Assembly (NCBI GenBank): GCA_965116875.1
Contig: OZ220733.1
Span: forward strand, 1,984,001 to 2,048,000
Source: Candidatus Latescibacterota bacterium
GTDB lineage: Bacteria; Latescibacterota; UBA2968; GCA-2709665
DNA length: 64,000 nt
Reading direction: 5' to 3'
Part shown: positions 39,785-48,462 of the stretch, in pieces
Layout of the letters: the number at the start of each line of letters is the position of its first letter
How positions within the stretch are numbered: position 1 is the stretch's first letter
Translations under genes and position numbers: made by a program
Notes under the pieces: model-generated
Told to the model about the DNA's origin: nothing
Seen by the model: only the letters and a program-made list of their open reading frames with translations
Database searches by the model: none

Positions 39785-42700
39785 ATGTCCGAACTCGAGG
39801 CAGGAACGGTCGTCGACGGGTGTTACGAGATCCTGGCTACAATTGGCAGCGGTGGGCTGGGTACCGTATACCGCGCGCGTGACGTAAACGATGACGCCAC
39901 GGTGGCGCTGAAGATGTTGGATATCGTGGGAGACGAGGCACAGCGGCGATTCCTCAGGGAGTTCAATATTCTCTCGAGAATTCGGCATCCCCGGTTTGTC
40001 CGGTCCCACAAATGGGGACTCCATGCCGGGAAGCCGTACTTTTCCATGGACTATATTCGCGGTCACCCCCTATCCGACCTGATCGCCAGCGCGGAAGAGC
40101 TCGAACGGCTGAGAACGGGGTGGCTCGTTCCACTCATCCGGCAGATCGGAGAGGGGATGGCTTATATCCACGAACAGGGTGTGGTGCACAGGGACCTGAA
40201 GCCAGCCAATATCATGGTTTCGCAGAATCGCGGGACGCCCGAGGTTACGATTCTGGACCTTGGCTTAGCACGTTTTCGAGATTCGAGTGGACAATGCGTG
40301 ACGCCGCCGGGTACTCCTACCGGGACCGCGGAGTACATGTCTCCCGAACAGATACGAGGACGACAGCCTGACCAGAGGTCCGATTTGTATTCGCTGGGCA
40401 TCGTCTTGTACGAGATTCTCACCGGGAAACCACCCTTCACGGCCGAGAATCCGGCTTCGGTGATGTTCCAGCATTTGAGAGACCTGCCCCCACCGCCGCG
40501 CCAGTCTAACGGCGGTGCTTCCGCCGCGATTGAAGAATCAGTCATGAAACTGCTGGAGAAAGAGCCGATCGACCGCTACGACTCGGTGTGGAGCTTGTTG
40601 CGCGATCTACCAGTAGGCAAGGACGGGAGATTCGCCAAAGAGTTCGTTTCACCACTTGCTGCGAGTCGGCCGGTGCTATTCTTGCAGCCGAAATTTACAG
40701 GGCGGGAGCGTGAGAAGAAGGCCCTCCGGGAGATCCTGAGGGAAACCGGACGCGGATTTGGGCGCATGGTCCTGGTGAGCGGTGAGGTGGGAATCGGGAA
40801 ATCCGAGTTGTTGGAGGAGTTCCGGGCCGACGCACGCGTTCACGGAATGTGCATCCTGAACGGGTGCTGCTACGAAAGCGGCACACGTGCTTATGGTCCG
40901 TTCCTGGAAGCTTTGGAGGCTCTAGCGGACAGGAGGGGTATCGACGGCTTGGATCTCGAAAGGGAGGTGGAACGTGTCCTAGCGCAGTTTGAACGGCCGA
41001 CAGACGGGAATCAGACAGATCCTTACGCTTTAATGGAGATTCTCTGTGAATTCCTTGTCGACCTGAGTCGGAAGGCCCCTACCCTTATTTTTATTGAAGA
41101 TTTACAATGGGCAGACGACTTGACCGTTCGGTTCCTGGACTTTATGAGGAGGAATCCGGACCCGGCGCCCCTAGTCTTCGGGCTTGCCTGCCGCAAAATG
41201 GACGAAGAACCGCTGCCCCCGGATATTGACCAGTTGACAGAAGGGCCGAATGTAACTGGTGTTGTACATTTGCAACTCGAGCCCCTCGATTTGGAGGAAA
41301 CAAGCAATCTTGCTGCGTCCCTTGTTGGCGAGCGGGGGGTTCCCGAGTGGGAAACCTGCAGAATTTTCCAAGAGACCGGTGGAAATCCTCTGTTTGTGGT
41401 CGAACTTATCCGCGGCTCAATTGAAGAGGGCTTGATATGGAGGGATTCGTCAGGCATATGGAGGTGGCCGGAATCTACGGAATGGCCGATGCCTCAAAGC
41501 ATTATGCAAGCCATCGGGTCGCGTCTTGGAAGTTTGCAGCCTGTCCAGAAGCATGCGCTGGAGTTTGTTTCGATATTTCGCGGCGCGATTTCGTTTGACC
41601 TGATTTCAGCGGTCTGGCACGAGAATGAACTACGGTTGTTGGAGGTTCTGGAGGTACTTGTCCGCCTGGGTCTTCTGAGAGCCCTAGAGGACCGTGAGGG
41701 ACGGTACCGGTTTTCACATGCATTGATCCAGCGAGCGGTTTACGCGGGTGCGGTGGAAGAGAAGCGACAGTTGCTTCACCTGAAGGTTGGAACGGAACTG
41801 GAGAGACGTTATGTGGCAGGCGACTCGGAGACCTTGGATGAATTGGCCTATCACTTTTCGAGATCGGACGATCTAAAAAAAATGGCGCGGTATCTGACGG
41901 CTTCCGGCCGTCTAGCGTTGCGGATGCATAATTTTTCACACGCAGTCGAACAGTTCGAAGCGGTCAATAACAATAGGGGCGTTTTCTCGTCAGATGATCA
42001 TAAGGAGATTTCCCGGGGATCCGCGATGCACCTGGAGTTTCTTTGCGCCTACGCCGAAGGCCTATCTGGATGCGGGCGGTTTGAGGACGCTCGGCACCTG
42101 TTGGATGAGGCAATGCCGTGGGTCTCAAGGCAGACCCAGGCTCAGAATGCACACGTCTTAAAGGTTCTGGGGATAAACCACATACATTTGGGGGAATATA
42201 ACAAGGCCGTGTCCGTGTTTTTGGAAGCGTTGGGAAATTTCCGAAGATTAGCTGACAAAGAGAACGAACTGGCCTTATTGGGACTATTGTCAGATGTATA
42301 CATAGCCTTAGAAGATAATGTACAGGCGATACGATATTGCCATTCTGCTGCGAAGAAATGTCGGGAAATGGGAGGAGAAATAAACGAAGCGCGGTCACTG
42401 ATGTATTTGGGATTCTCGGAAGTTTTCACATTCCATAACAGCAGGGCGAAAACACTTTTGGAATCTTCGTTGGAATTGCTGGATCAGGAGGGTGACCGAG
42501 TCTACCGATATACCAGTTTGTACTTGCTGGGGCGTATTGAGTTTAGGCTGGGCAACTTAGACAGGGCTGGAGATATATTCAAGGAACTTCAAGCGTACTG
42601 GTATAGACGCGGATCGAGCGATACTGAAGCTGAGATGCACATTCGCTTAGGTAGGGTTGACCAGGAACGGGGAGAAAAAGAGAAAGCGGAGGGGCACGCA

Positions 42701-44656
42701 CGTGCCGCGGAGCGGCTATTGACTGGTAAGAAGAGCGGGGAAGGATATTTCAGGGCCTGTTCGTTGCTCGCCGAAATTACGGCTGAAACTGGCCGCGTTA
42801 ACGAAGCGCTAGCTTGGTCCAAAAAGGCCTTGCCCGGCCTGGAGTACGGCGGGAATGTACGCGCCGTTGCCTGGGCCGCGAAGGCAAAATCGCTTGCCGC
42901 GGCTGGGCGTCACCGAGAAGTCGATAACCTCTTTGTTCATGTATCGAAGGTTCAGTGTGAGCCAAAAGGGCTAGAACAGGTATATCTGGTTCTAATTGCA
43001 GGCGAATACTACCTACGGAGGGGGCGTCTTTCCGCTGCACGGCTGACCTTGGAGGAGGCAAGAAATGCCGCCGAAAAGATGGAGATGTGCCATTATGCCC
43101 GGAAAGCAGCGGGATTACTGAAGAAGATCTTTGAGGTGGATTGTCTGATGTCGCCAACATCGGAGAGTTCCTCCTCGCTTTCGCAGGAGCACCTCCTGAC
43201 GCTTTACGAGGCTTCTGAGGACTTGACGTCGATCCTGGACCTGAACGTGCTTCTGGACCGGATTCTGGACCGCCTGAAGATGGTGAGCCGCGCCGAACGC
43301 GTGTTGATTGCTCTCAAGGATGACTCGGTAGATCAAGTGGAAGTCGCGCGACGGCATAACCTGGACGACGTGGAGACACACGAGATCAGCCGGGGAATCA
43401 TCAAATGGTCGATGGATCGAAACGAGCCGGCATTGAGCCTGGATGCTCGCACCGACGAGCGTTTCAGGCGAAGGGCGAGCGTTACGGATTACGGCATCCG
43501 TTCGGTGCTCTGCGTACCCCTACGGCACGCGGAGTCAGGCGTAATCGGCGCGCTCTATATGGATCATAGAAAGCTTGAGGATCTATTCTCCGATGAGGAT
43601 AGAGCCCTGTTTTCGGGATTTGGAAATCTGGTGTCGATTGCAGTCGTCAACGCCCGAAAGTATTCTAAGATCCAGGAGCGAACGACTTATTTGCAGAAGC
43701 GGCTTGAAGAGCGCGGACGTCTGGAAAAAATGGTAGGGGCGAGCCAAGTAATGCAGGAGGTGTTCAATCTCGTCGAGGTCGCGTCGGAAGGTGATATTAC
43801 CGTGTTGATCCAGGGCGAGACAGGAACGGGCAAGGAACTGGCTGCCAGAGCCGTCCACGCCCGAAGCGAACGCAAGTCGAAGCCTTTCCTTTCCGCGAAC
43901 TGCGCTGCAGTGACTCACGAACTCCTTCAGAGCGAATTATTCGGACACAAGAAGGGTGCGTTTACCGGGGCGTCGTCCGATCGGAAAGGATTGTTCGTTT
44001 CCGCGGACGGGGGAACGGTATTCCTGGACGAGATCGGGAATGCGTCCCCACAGTTGCAGTCGAGCCTGTTGCGCGTGCTCCAGGACGGAGAAATCCAGCG
44101 GGTGGGCGAGGCAGAGGTGCGGAACGTGGACGTGCGGGTGATCGCGGCGACGAATCGCGACCTGGAAGCGGATGTGCGCAACGGGCTGTTTCGGGAGGAC
44201 CTGTACTACAGACTGCGAGTGTTGCAGATCGAAATGCCACCCCTTCGCAGGCGTATCGAGGATATTCCATTGTTGTGTGATGATATTTTAACGCGCGTGT
44301 GTTCTAACGGGAATAAGGTCGTAGCAGGATTTACGTCCGGGGCCATCCGGGCATTGATGGACTACAATTGGCCGGGTAATGTGAGGGAGCTAGAAAACGA
44401 GATCAGGCGGGCGGTGGCGTTGGTGGAGGAAGGCGAAAACGTTTCGCCCGACTTATTCTCCGATAACATAAGGCTTATCTTACGATCAAATCCGATTGAG
44501 CAGAGTGAGTTCAAAGCACGAGTCGCTTCCTTTGAGAAACGGATGATAGTCGATGCGCTCGACCAGAGCGGGGGCAACATCACTCGTGCCGCCAGTCAAC
44601 TGGGTCTAAGTAGAAACGGACTTCAAAAGAAGATGACCCGGTATCAGCTGAGGTAA
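39785..44656 (+). CDS. Ser/Thr kinase - STAND/AAA ATPase - TPR - GAF - sigma54 activator (bEBP) - Fis HTH fusion
   Basis: IGSGGLGTVY, HRDLKPAN, DLGLAR, GTAEYMSPEQ; GEVGIGKS, IEDLQWAD, GGNPLF; GAF (SVLCVPL...GALYMD); GETGTGKE, SELFGHKKGAFTGA, FLDEIG, FREDLYYRL, WPGNVRELEN; GNITRAASQLGLSR. Confidence 0.93.
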   Translation: MSELEAGTVVDGCYEILATIGSGGLGTVYRARDVNDDATVALKMLDIVGDEAQRRFLREFNILSRIRHPRFVRSHKWGLHAGKPYFSMDYIRGHPLSDLIASAEELERLRTGWLVPLIRQIGEGMAYIHEQGVVHRDLKPANIMVSQNRGTPEVTILDLGLARFRDSSGQCVTPPGTPTGTAEYMSPEQIRGRQPDQRSDLYSLGIVLYEILTGKPPFTAENPASVMFQHLRDLPPPPRQSNGGASAAIEESVMKLLEKEPIDRYDSVWSLLRDLPVGKDGRFAKEFVSPLAASRPVLFLQPKFTGREREKKALREILRETGRGFGRMVLVSGEVGIGKSELLEEFRADARVHGMCILNGCCYESGTRAYGPFLEALEALADRRGIDGLDLEREVERVLAQFERPTDGNQTDPYALMEILCEFLVDLSRKAPTLIFIEDLQWADDLTVRFLDFMRRNPDPAPLVFGLACRKMDEEPLPPDIDQLTEGPNVTGVVHLQLEPLDLEETSNLAASLVGERGVPEWETCRIFQETGGNPLFVVELIRGSIEEGLIWRDSSGIWRWPESTEWPMPQSIMQAIGSRLGSLQPVQKHALEFVSIFRGAISFDLISAVWHENELRLLEVLEVLVRLGLLRALEDREGRYRFSHALIQRAVYAGAVEEKRQLLHLKVGTELERRYVAGDSETLDELAYHFSRSDDLKKMARYLTASGRLALRMHNFSHAVEQFEAVNNNRGVFSSDDHKEISRGSAMHLEFLCAYAEGLSGCGRFEDARHLLDEAMPWVSRQTQAQNAHVLKVLGINHIHLGEYNKAVSVFLEALGNFRRLADKENELALLGLLSDVYIALEDNVQAIRYCHSAAKKCREMGGEINEARSLMYLGFSEVFTFHNSRAKTLLESSLELLDQEGDRVYRYTSLYLLGRIEFRLGNLDRAGDIFKELQAYWYRRGSSDTEAEMHIRLGRVDQERGEKEKAEGHARAAERLLTGKKSGEGYFRACSLLAEITAETGRVNEALAWSKKALPGLEYGGNVRAVAWAAKAKSLAAAGRHREVDNLFVHVSKVQCEPKGLEQVYLVLIAGEYYLRRGRLSAARLTLEEARNAAEKMEMCHYARKAAGLLKKIFEVDCLMSPTSESSSSLSQEHLLTLYEASEDLTSILDLNVLLDRILDRLKMVSRAERVLIALKDDSVDQVEVARRHNLDDVETHEISRGIIKWSMDRNEPALSLDARTDERFRRRASVTDYGIRSVLCVPLRHAESGVIGALYMDHRKLEDLFSDEDRALFSGFGNLVSIAVVNARKYSKIQERTTYLQKRLEERGRLEKMVGASQVMQEVFNLVEVASEGDITVLIQGETGTGKELAARAVHARSERKSKPFLSANCAAVTHELLQSELFGHKKGAFTGASSDRKGLFVSADGGTVFLDEIGNASPQLQSSLLRVLQDGEIQRVGEAEVRNVDVRVIAATNRDLEADVRNGLFREDLYYRLRVLQIEMPPLRRRIEDIPLLCDDILTRVCSNGNKVVAGFTSGAIRALMDYNWPGNVRELENEIRRAVALVEEGENVSPDLFSDNIRLILRSNPIEQSEFKARVASFEKRMIVDALDQSGGNITRAASQLGLSRNGLQKKMTRYQLR

Positions 44657-44708
44657 ATCATGGATACAATAAGAGGTTTACTGTAGATGGTGTGCGGGTT
44701 GACACGGT

Positions 44709-44750
44709 CGGTGACGTCGACGATGTTGTCACCGTTTTAACCGTTTGATA
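44709..44750. promoter_or_regulatory. Candidate bEBP upstream activator sequence plus IHF site
   Basis: CGGTGAC-N12-GTCACCG dyad (44709-44734); minus-strand TATCAAACGGTTA (44738-44750) matches WATCAANNNNTTR. Confidence 0.55.
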
Positions 44751-44919
44751 TTTAAAAATATATAAGCGTCAAAAGGGTTAAATCGATAGCGTGCATCGGT
44801 GATATGTATACATTGTATACGCTACTCAGATAATTGATTCTATATAACAGAACAACGACAACCGCTATATTTGCTTGATTTATCGCGTCTGTGTGCAAAC
44901 ACAGGCGTTTTTTCTGTTT

Positions 44920-44935
44920 TGGTACGAAGTTTGCG
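44920..44935 (+). promoter_or_regulatory. sigma54 -24/-12 promoter
   Basis: TGGTACG-AAGT-TTGCG with exact GG-N10-GC spacing, directly downstream of a bEBP gene. Confidence 0.8.
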
Positions 44936-45030
44936 TTGAAAAACTAGCGCAAATATACGATTGCCTTTTGCTATTAGCCGTATACACGTCCGAAAGCAAG
45001 TATATCCAACCCACTCAATCGAGGCCAACA

Positions 45031-45225
45031 TTGAAACGAGATCAAACCGATCATTTGCTGTTCTCAATCAACGCGGAAATTGACAGGACTGGAAGAATCC
45101 AGGGTTGTTTTGCATCGCCGACTCCGATTGAAGATCACGTCTGTGGATGGCCACGTTTTCCCATATTACCCCCGCCGATGACAACAGAAGCAACTCTTGA
45201 AGCTCACACTAGGTTGTCTGTCTGA
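45031..45225 (+). CDS. Putative RiPP precursor peptide, 64 aa (TTG start)
   Basis: GAGG 6 nt before TTG; MKRDQTDHLLFSINAEIDRTGRIQGCFASPTPIEDHVCGWPRFPILPPP...; first ORF after the sigma54 promoter, 39 nt before the radical SAM gene. Confidence 0.6.
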   Translation: MKRDQTDHLLFSINAEIDRTGRIQGCFASPTPIEDHVCGWPRFPILPPPMTTEATLEAHTRLSV

Positions 45226-45264
45226 AGAGTGAGCTAGTCCGATTATTTCGATCGACATTGAAGG

Positions 45265-46752
45265 ATGCTAGAATTGATGAAGATCACAAGATCGGAAATA
45301 CATCTATTCAGGACGCGCGCAAACGCGCGTGCGATTGCCTTTCAGGTTAACACCGGGCTATTTTTTGGGTTAAGCGAGCTTAGCGAGTCGGTTTTGAGAA
45401 AGTCTCAGGTGTTTTCGGACGGAACTGTAGCAGTCGAGCTAGGTCGTGAAATTGATCGAAGAGAGGTGCTGAATGCGATCGGTGTACTTTGTAAAGTAGG
45501 GCTAATTAATGTTGGGTGCGACGGACTGCATCAGATATGTATACCGAGCGATACAGGGGTTTGTACAAACCAAGAGTCTGCTGGGAAGGCAGATCAATTT
45601 CATATAACGCTTCACGTCGCGCACACGTGCAATGTCAAGTGTGCATATTGCTTTGCTCACGGCGGGGATTATGGCGGTTCGCCAAGACTAATGCGGCCCG
45701 ATGTCGCACGGCAAGCTGTGCGTTGGGCTTTACAGGAGGCAAAGTCATTCCAGAGATGCCAGATTGACTTCTTTGGTGGTGAGCCACTGCTTAATTTCAA
45801 ACTGATTCGAGAAATTATCCCTTACGCCCGCGAGCATGCCGATTTGGTTGGCATTGCCGTATCATTTGGAATTGCAACAAACGGCACTGTGATGTCGCCG
45901 GAGATACTTGAGTTTCTGATCGATCAGGAAGTACAGATTCAAGTAAGCATCGATGGCACCGTGAAAGATCAAAACCGACTTCGTAAGTTTCACGACGGAA
46001 GCGATACATACGATGTCGTTGCTGAAAACGTGACGAAGTTGATGGATAGATCGCCTGATAGTGTATCTGTCCGTGCAACAATGACGTCCTACAACGTGGA
46101 CCGGGAGTCCATCGTGAACGGTTTGGCTCAATTTGGCGCATCCCGCGTGGAAGTAGCTCCGGTTGTGGCTGCGCCTCACGAGCCTTTTGCGTTTCGAGAG
46201 GAACATCTCCCTGCAATAAAGCAGAAACTCTGCGAGCTAAGCAGGTATGAGACGGAAAAAATCCTTGAAGGATCGAAGGACCGAGGGTTTTTCGACGATT
46301 ACATGGAGAGGTTAATGACACGTGCGAAATCTTGTTATGGCTGTCAAGGTGGACGCACATTTTTCGCGGTGGACGTTGATGGAGACATCTATTTTTGCTC
46401 AAGTCTTGCCGATCGGCCGGAGTTTAAGATGGGCGATGTTTTCTCTGGTCTTGACAAAAATGTCCAGAATGGATTCAAAGATTCGTTCCATATCGATTCC
46501 CGTTCCGACTGCCGGCGGTGCTGGGCAAGAAACCTGTGCGGAGGGGGATGTATATATGATGCCCGAACTGCAACAGGGGACCCAATAAAGCCGAACCCTG
46601 TCTCCTGCGAGCAGATCCGTTACAGCTATGAACTCGCCATGGAAATGTGTATGGAGATTCAGAGCGCAAACGAGACTTTGTTGCACGAGAGATACAATCT
46701 AACGTGGGTTGATGCAGACGGCGAATCGTGGGACGACGATTCTGTCAAATGA
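45265..46752 (+). CDS. RRE-radical SAM-SPASM peptide maturase (QhpD/PapB/SCIFF-maturase-like)
   Basis: N-terminal RRE-like HLF...FQVNTGLFFGL; CNVKCAYC; FFGGEPLLN; SIDG; CYGCQGG...VDVDGDIYFC; CRRCWARNLCGGGC...C. Confidence 0.92.
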   Translation: MLELMKITRSEIHLFRTRANARAIAFQVNTGLFFGLSELSESVLRKSQVFSDGTVAVELGREIDRREVLNAIGVLCKVGLINVGCDGLHQICIPSDTGVCTNQESAGKADQFHITLHVAHTCNVKCAYCFAHGGDYGGSPRLMRPDVARQAVRWALQEAKSFQRCQIDFFGGEPLLNFKLIREIIPYAREHADLVGIAVSFGIATNGTVMSPEILEFLIDQEVQIQVSIDGTVKDQNRLRKFHDGSDTYDVVAENVTKLMDRSPDSVSVRATMTSYNVDRESIVNGLAQFGASRVEVAPVVAAPHEPFAFREEHLPAIKQKLCELSRYETEKILEGSKDRGFFDDYMERLMTRAKSCYGCQGGRTFFAVDVDGDIYFCSSLADRPEFKMGDVFSGLDKNVQNGFKDSFHIDSRSDCRRCWARNLCGGGCIYDARTATGDPIKPNPVSCEQIRYSYELAMEMCMEIQSANETLLHERYNLTWVDADGESWDDDSVK

Positions 46753-46878
46753 CGAATCGAAGGGCCGATTGACCGTGGCTTTTTGACCGATAGATGCCCG
46801 CTCTCGTTGAGAACACGTCGTTTCCATCATGAAAACGGGTCATGGCTCTTGCGGGAACAATCCCGGAAATTTACGAAA

Positions 46879-47457
46879 ATGGCAATTGGGTTTCGTTGGT
46901 CATGGATTCCAAACGGTACTGTCGTCCTTCTGATATTCGTAAACGTGACTCTCGCGGCAATAGTGACATCACGACATTTCGAACTGAAACGACTTCAAGA
47001 AGAAGAACAAAACAGTCTACATGAGAATTTCCCGCCACTGAAAAGGACCCAAGTCAGTTCGTACCTTAATCAGCTGTTTCCAGGTTCTGTGGAATTTGAT
47101 CATGCGACCTTTGGGAAAACGATAAAATATCGGGTTTATGACCAAACAACACTGCTTGGAAATGCCTATCAAGTCCGAGAAGATATCCATTGCCCGGTCT
47201 GCAGGGATGTAAGGTTTTTCATTGGTGTGGATATTGACAACATTATTTCTGGTATTGTTCTGGTTAACCCATTCCACTTCTATGGCGAACCCCTAAAAGC
47301 CGAAATTGTAGATGAATTTCTCGGTCAGTTTCTCAATAGGCAAGTTAGTGATCAATTGCACCTTGGCAGTAACATTCACGGAATAACCGGGGCAACCAAG
47401 ACGGTTGAGCATTTTCTGGACGGAGTCGTTGGAATTCAAAAATTACATTTCGAATAG
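46879..47457 (+). CDS. Membrane-anchored FMN-binding (flavinylation substrate) protein with CxxC
   Basis: N-terminal TM; HCPVC; FLGQF; HGITGATKT fits the [S/T]GA[S/T] flavinylation motif. Confidence 0.75.
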   Translation: MAIGFRWSWIPNGTVVLLIFVNVTLAAIVTSRHFELKRLQEEEQNSLHENFPPLKRTQVSSYLNQLFPGSVEFDHATFGKTIKYRVYDQTTLLGNAYQVREDIHCPVCRDVRFFIGVDIDNIISGIVLVNPFHFYGEPLKAEIVDEFLGQFLNRQVSDQLHLGSNIHGITGATKTVEHFLDGVVGIQKLHFE

Positions 47458-47462
47458 ATACA

Positions 47463-48080
47463 ATGTTGAAAAAGAAAAAGTTGTACTGGGTGATGGCAGT
47501 TCCAATATTGGTGTTAAGTGCCATCCAGTTAGCGACAACCGTTGATGATCTGGGACAAGAAATCACTAATGCCAAACTAATCCGAGATCGTGGCAAACGA
47601 ATTGAGGAATTCTTCACTGAATCAGTTCCAATTGGGTCAATAGCGCCGTCCTTTCAGTTACGGTCCGTCAAAGGAAAATTGGTTTCGTTTGATCCTAGTG
47701 CATCGAGATTTTCCTTACTTATTTTCTTTAATCCAACGGACTGTTCATGGTGTCTGCTTGAGTCGTCGCTCTGGCGGGAAATCGATTCCATCTACGACGA
47801 AGATCAACTAACCATCCTTGGTATTACAACCGAGGAAGGCCTCAAAGATCGAGATGTCGTGCTTTTTTCCAAAGGGAGAGAGTTGAATTTCCCAATTCTC
47901 CGATGTGAAGATAGTGAACTCATTAAGGCATATGGAATTACCCATACACCAACTCGGATCCTTGTCGACGACTCAGGACGAATTCTGGATGCTGGTTCCT
48001 CTACTCATAGTACTCAACGGCACACGAAGTTTAAAGAGAAGATCGCGCTCTTGTTGCGTCGAGAATTGAACACTCCCTAG
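47463..48080 (+). CDS. Membrane-anchored redoxin (AhpC/TSA/TlpA-like thioredoxin fold)
   Basis: IGSIAPSFQLRSVKG, IFFNPTDCSWC, YGITHTPTRILVD..GRI. Confidence 0.82.
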   Translation: MLKKKKLYWVMAVPILVLSAIQLATTVDDLGQEITNAKLIRDRGKRIEEFFTESVPIGSIAPSFQLRSVKGKLVSFDPSASRFSLLIFFNPTDCSWCLLESSLWREIDSIYDEDQLTILGITTEEGLKDRDVVLFSKGRELNFPILRCEDSELIKAYGITHTPTRILVDDSGRILDAGSSTHSTQRHTKFKEKIALLLRRELNTP

Positions 48081-48156
48081 CTTGAGCAAGCACTCAAATG
48101 ACGCGCCATGTCCAAAACCGTAACGTTCGTTTCATTCACTCACAACGGAGGTTGTC

Positions 48157-48387
48157 ATGAATCGAGTCTACGTAGTTGTTCGAGGGCTCCTGTTTATCGC
48201 AATTGTATTTTCCTGCTTTACGCAGGCAACCGCGGAAGACTGCGACCCAGAAGTAAATGTATCTGGATGCCAAGGTCCGAACATGGTAATCCAAGCGTTT
48301 GATTGTTGGTCGTCGGATTGCAACTTTCAGGACGAGGACGGAGATTGTTACTATTGTTGTGATGTCGAAACAGGGGAGTGTTTTTAA
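48157..48387 (+). CDS. Secreted Cys/Asp-rich peptide, 76 aa
   Basis: GGGAGG RBS; signal peptide ending A-T-A; 50-aa mature part with 8 Cys, 13 Asp/Glu and no Lys/Arg. Confidence 0.8.
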   Translation: MNRVYVVVRGLLFIAIVFSCFTQATAEDCDPEVNVSGCQGPNMVIQAFDCWSSDCNFQDEDGDCYYCCDVETGECF

Positions 48388-48462
48388 TATCGTTTAGTTG
48401 CCCAATCAACTTCCTCGTCTTTGGACATGGCGCGTTTTCTAACAGTGAGGCTAGTTTGTAGA

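Noticed and set aside
44875-45225. 116-aa ORF as given in the ORF track
   Set aside because: Its start lies upstream of and overlaps the sigma54 promoter; TTG at 45031 with an RBS is more plausible.
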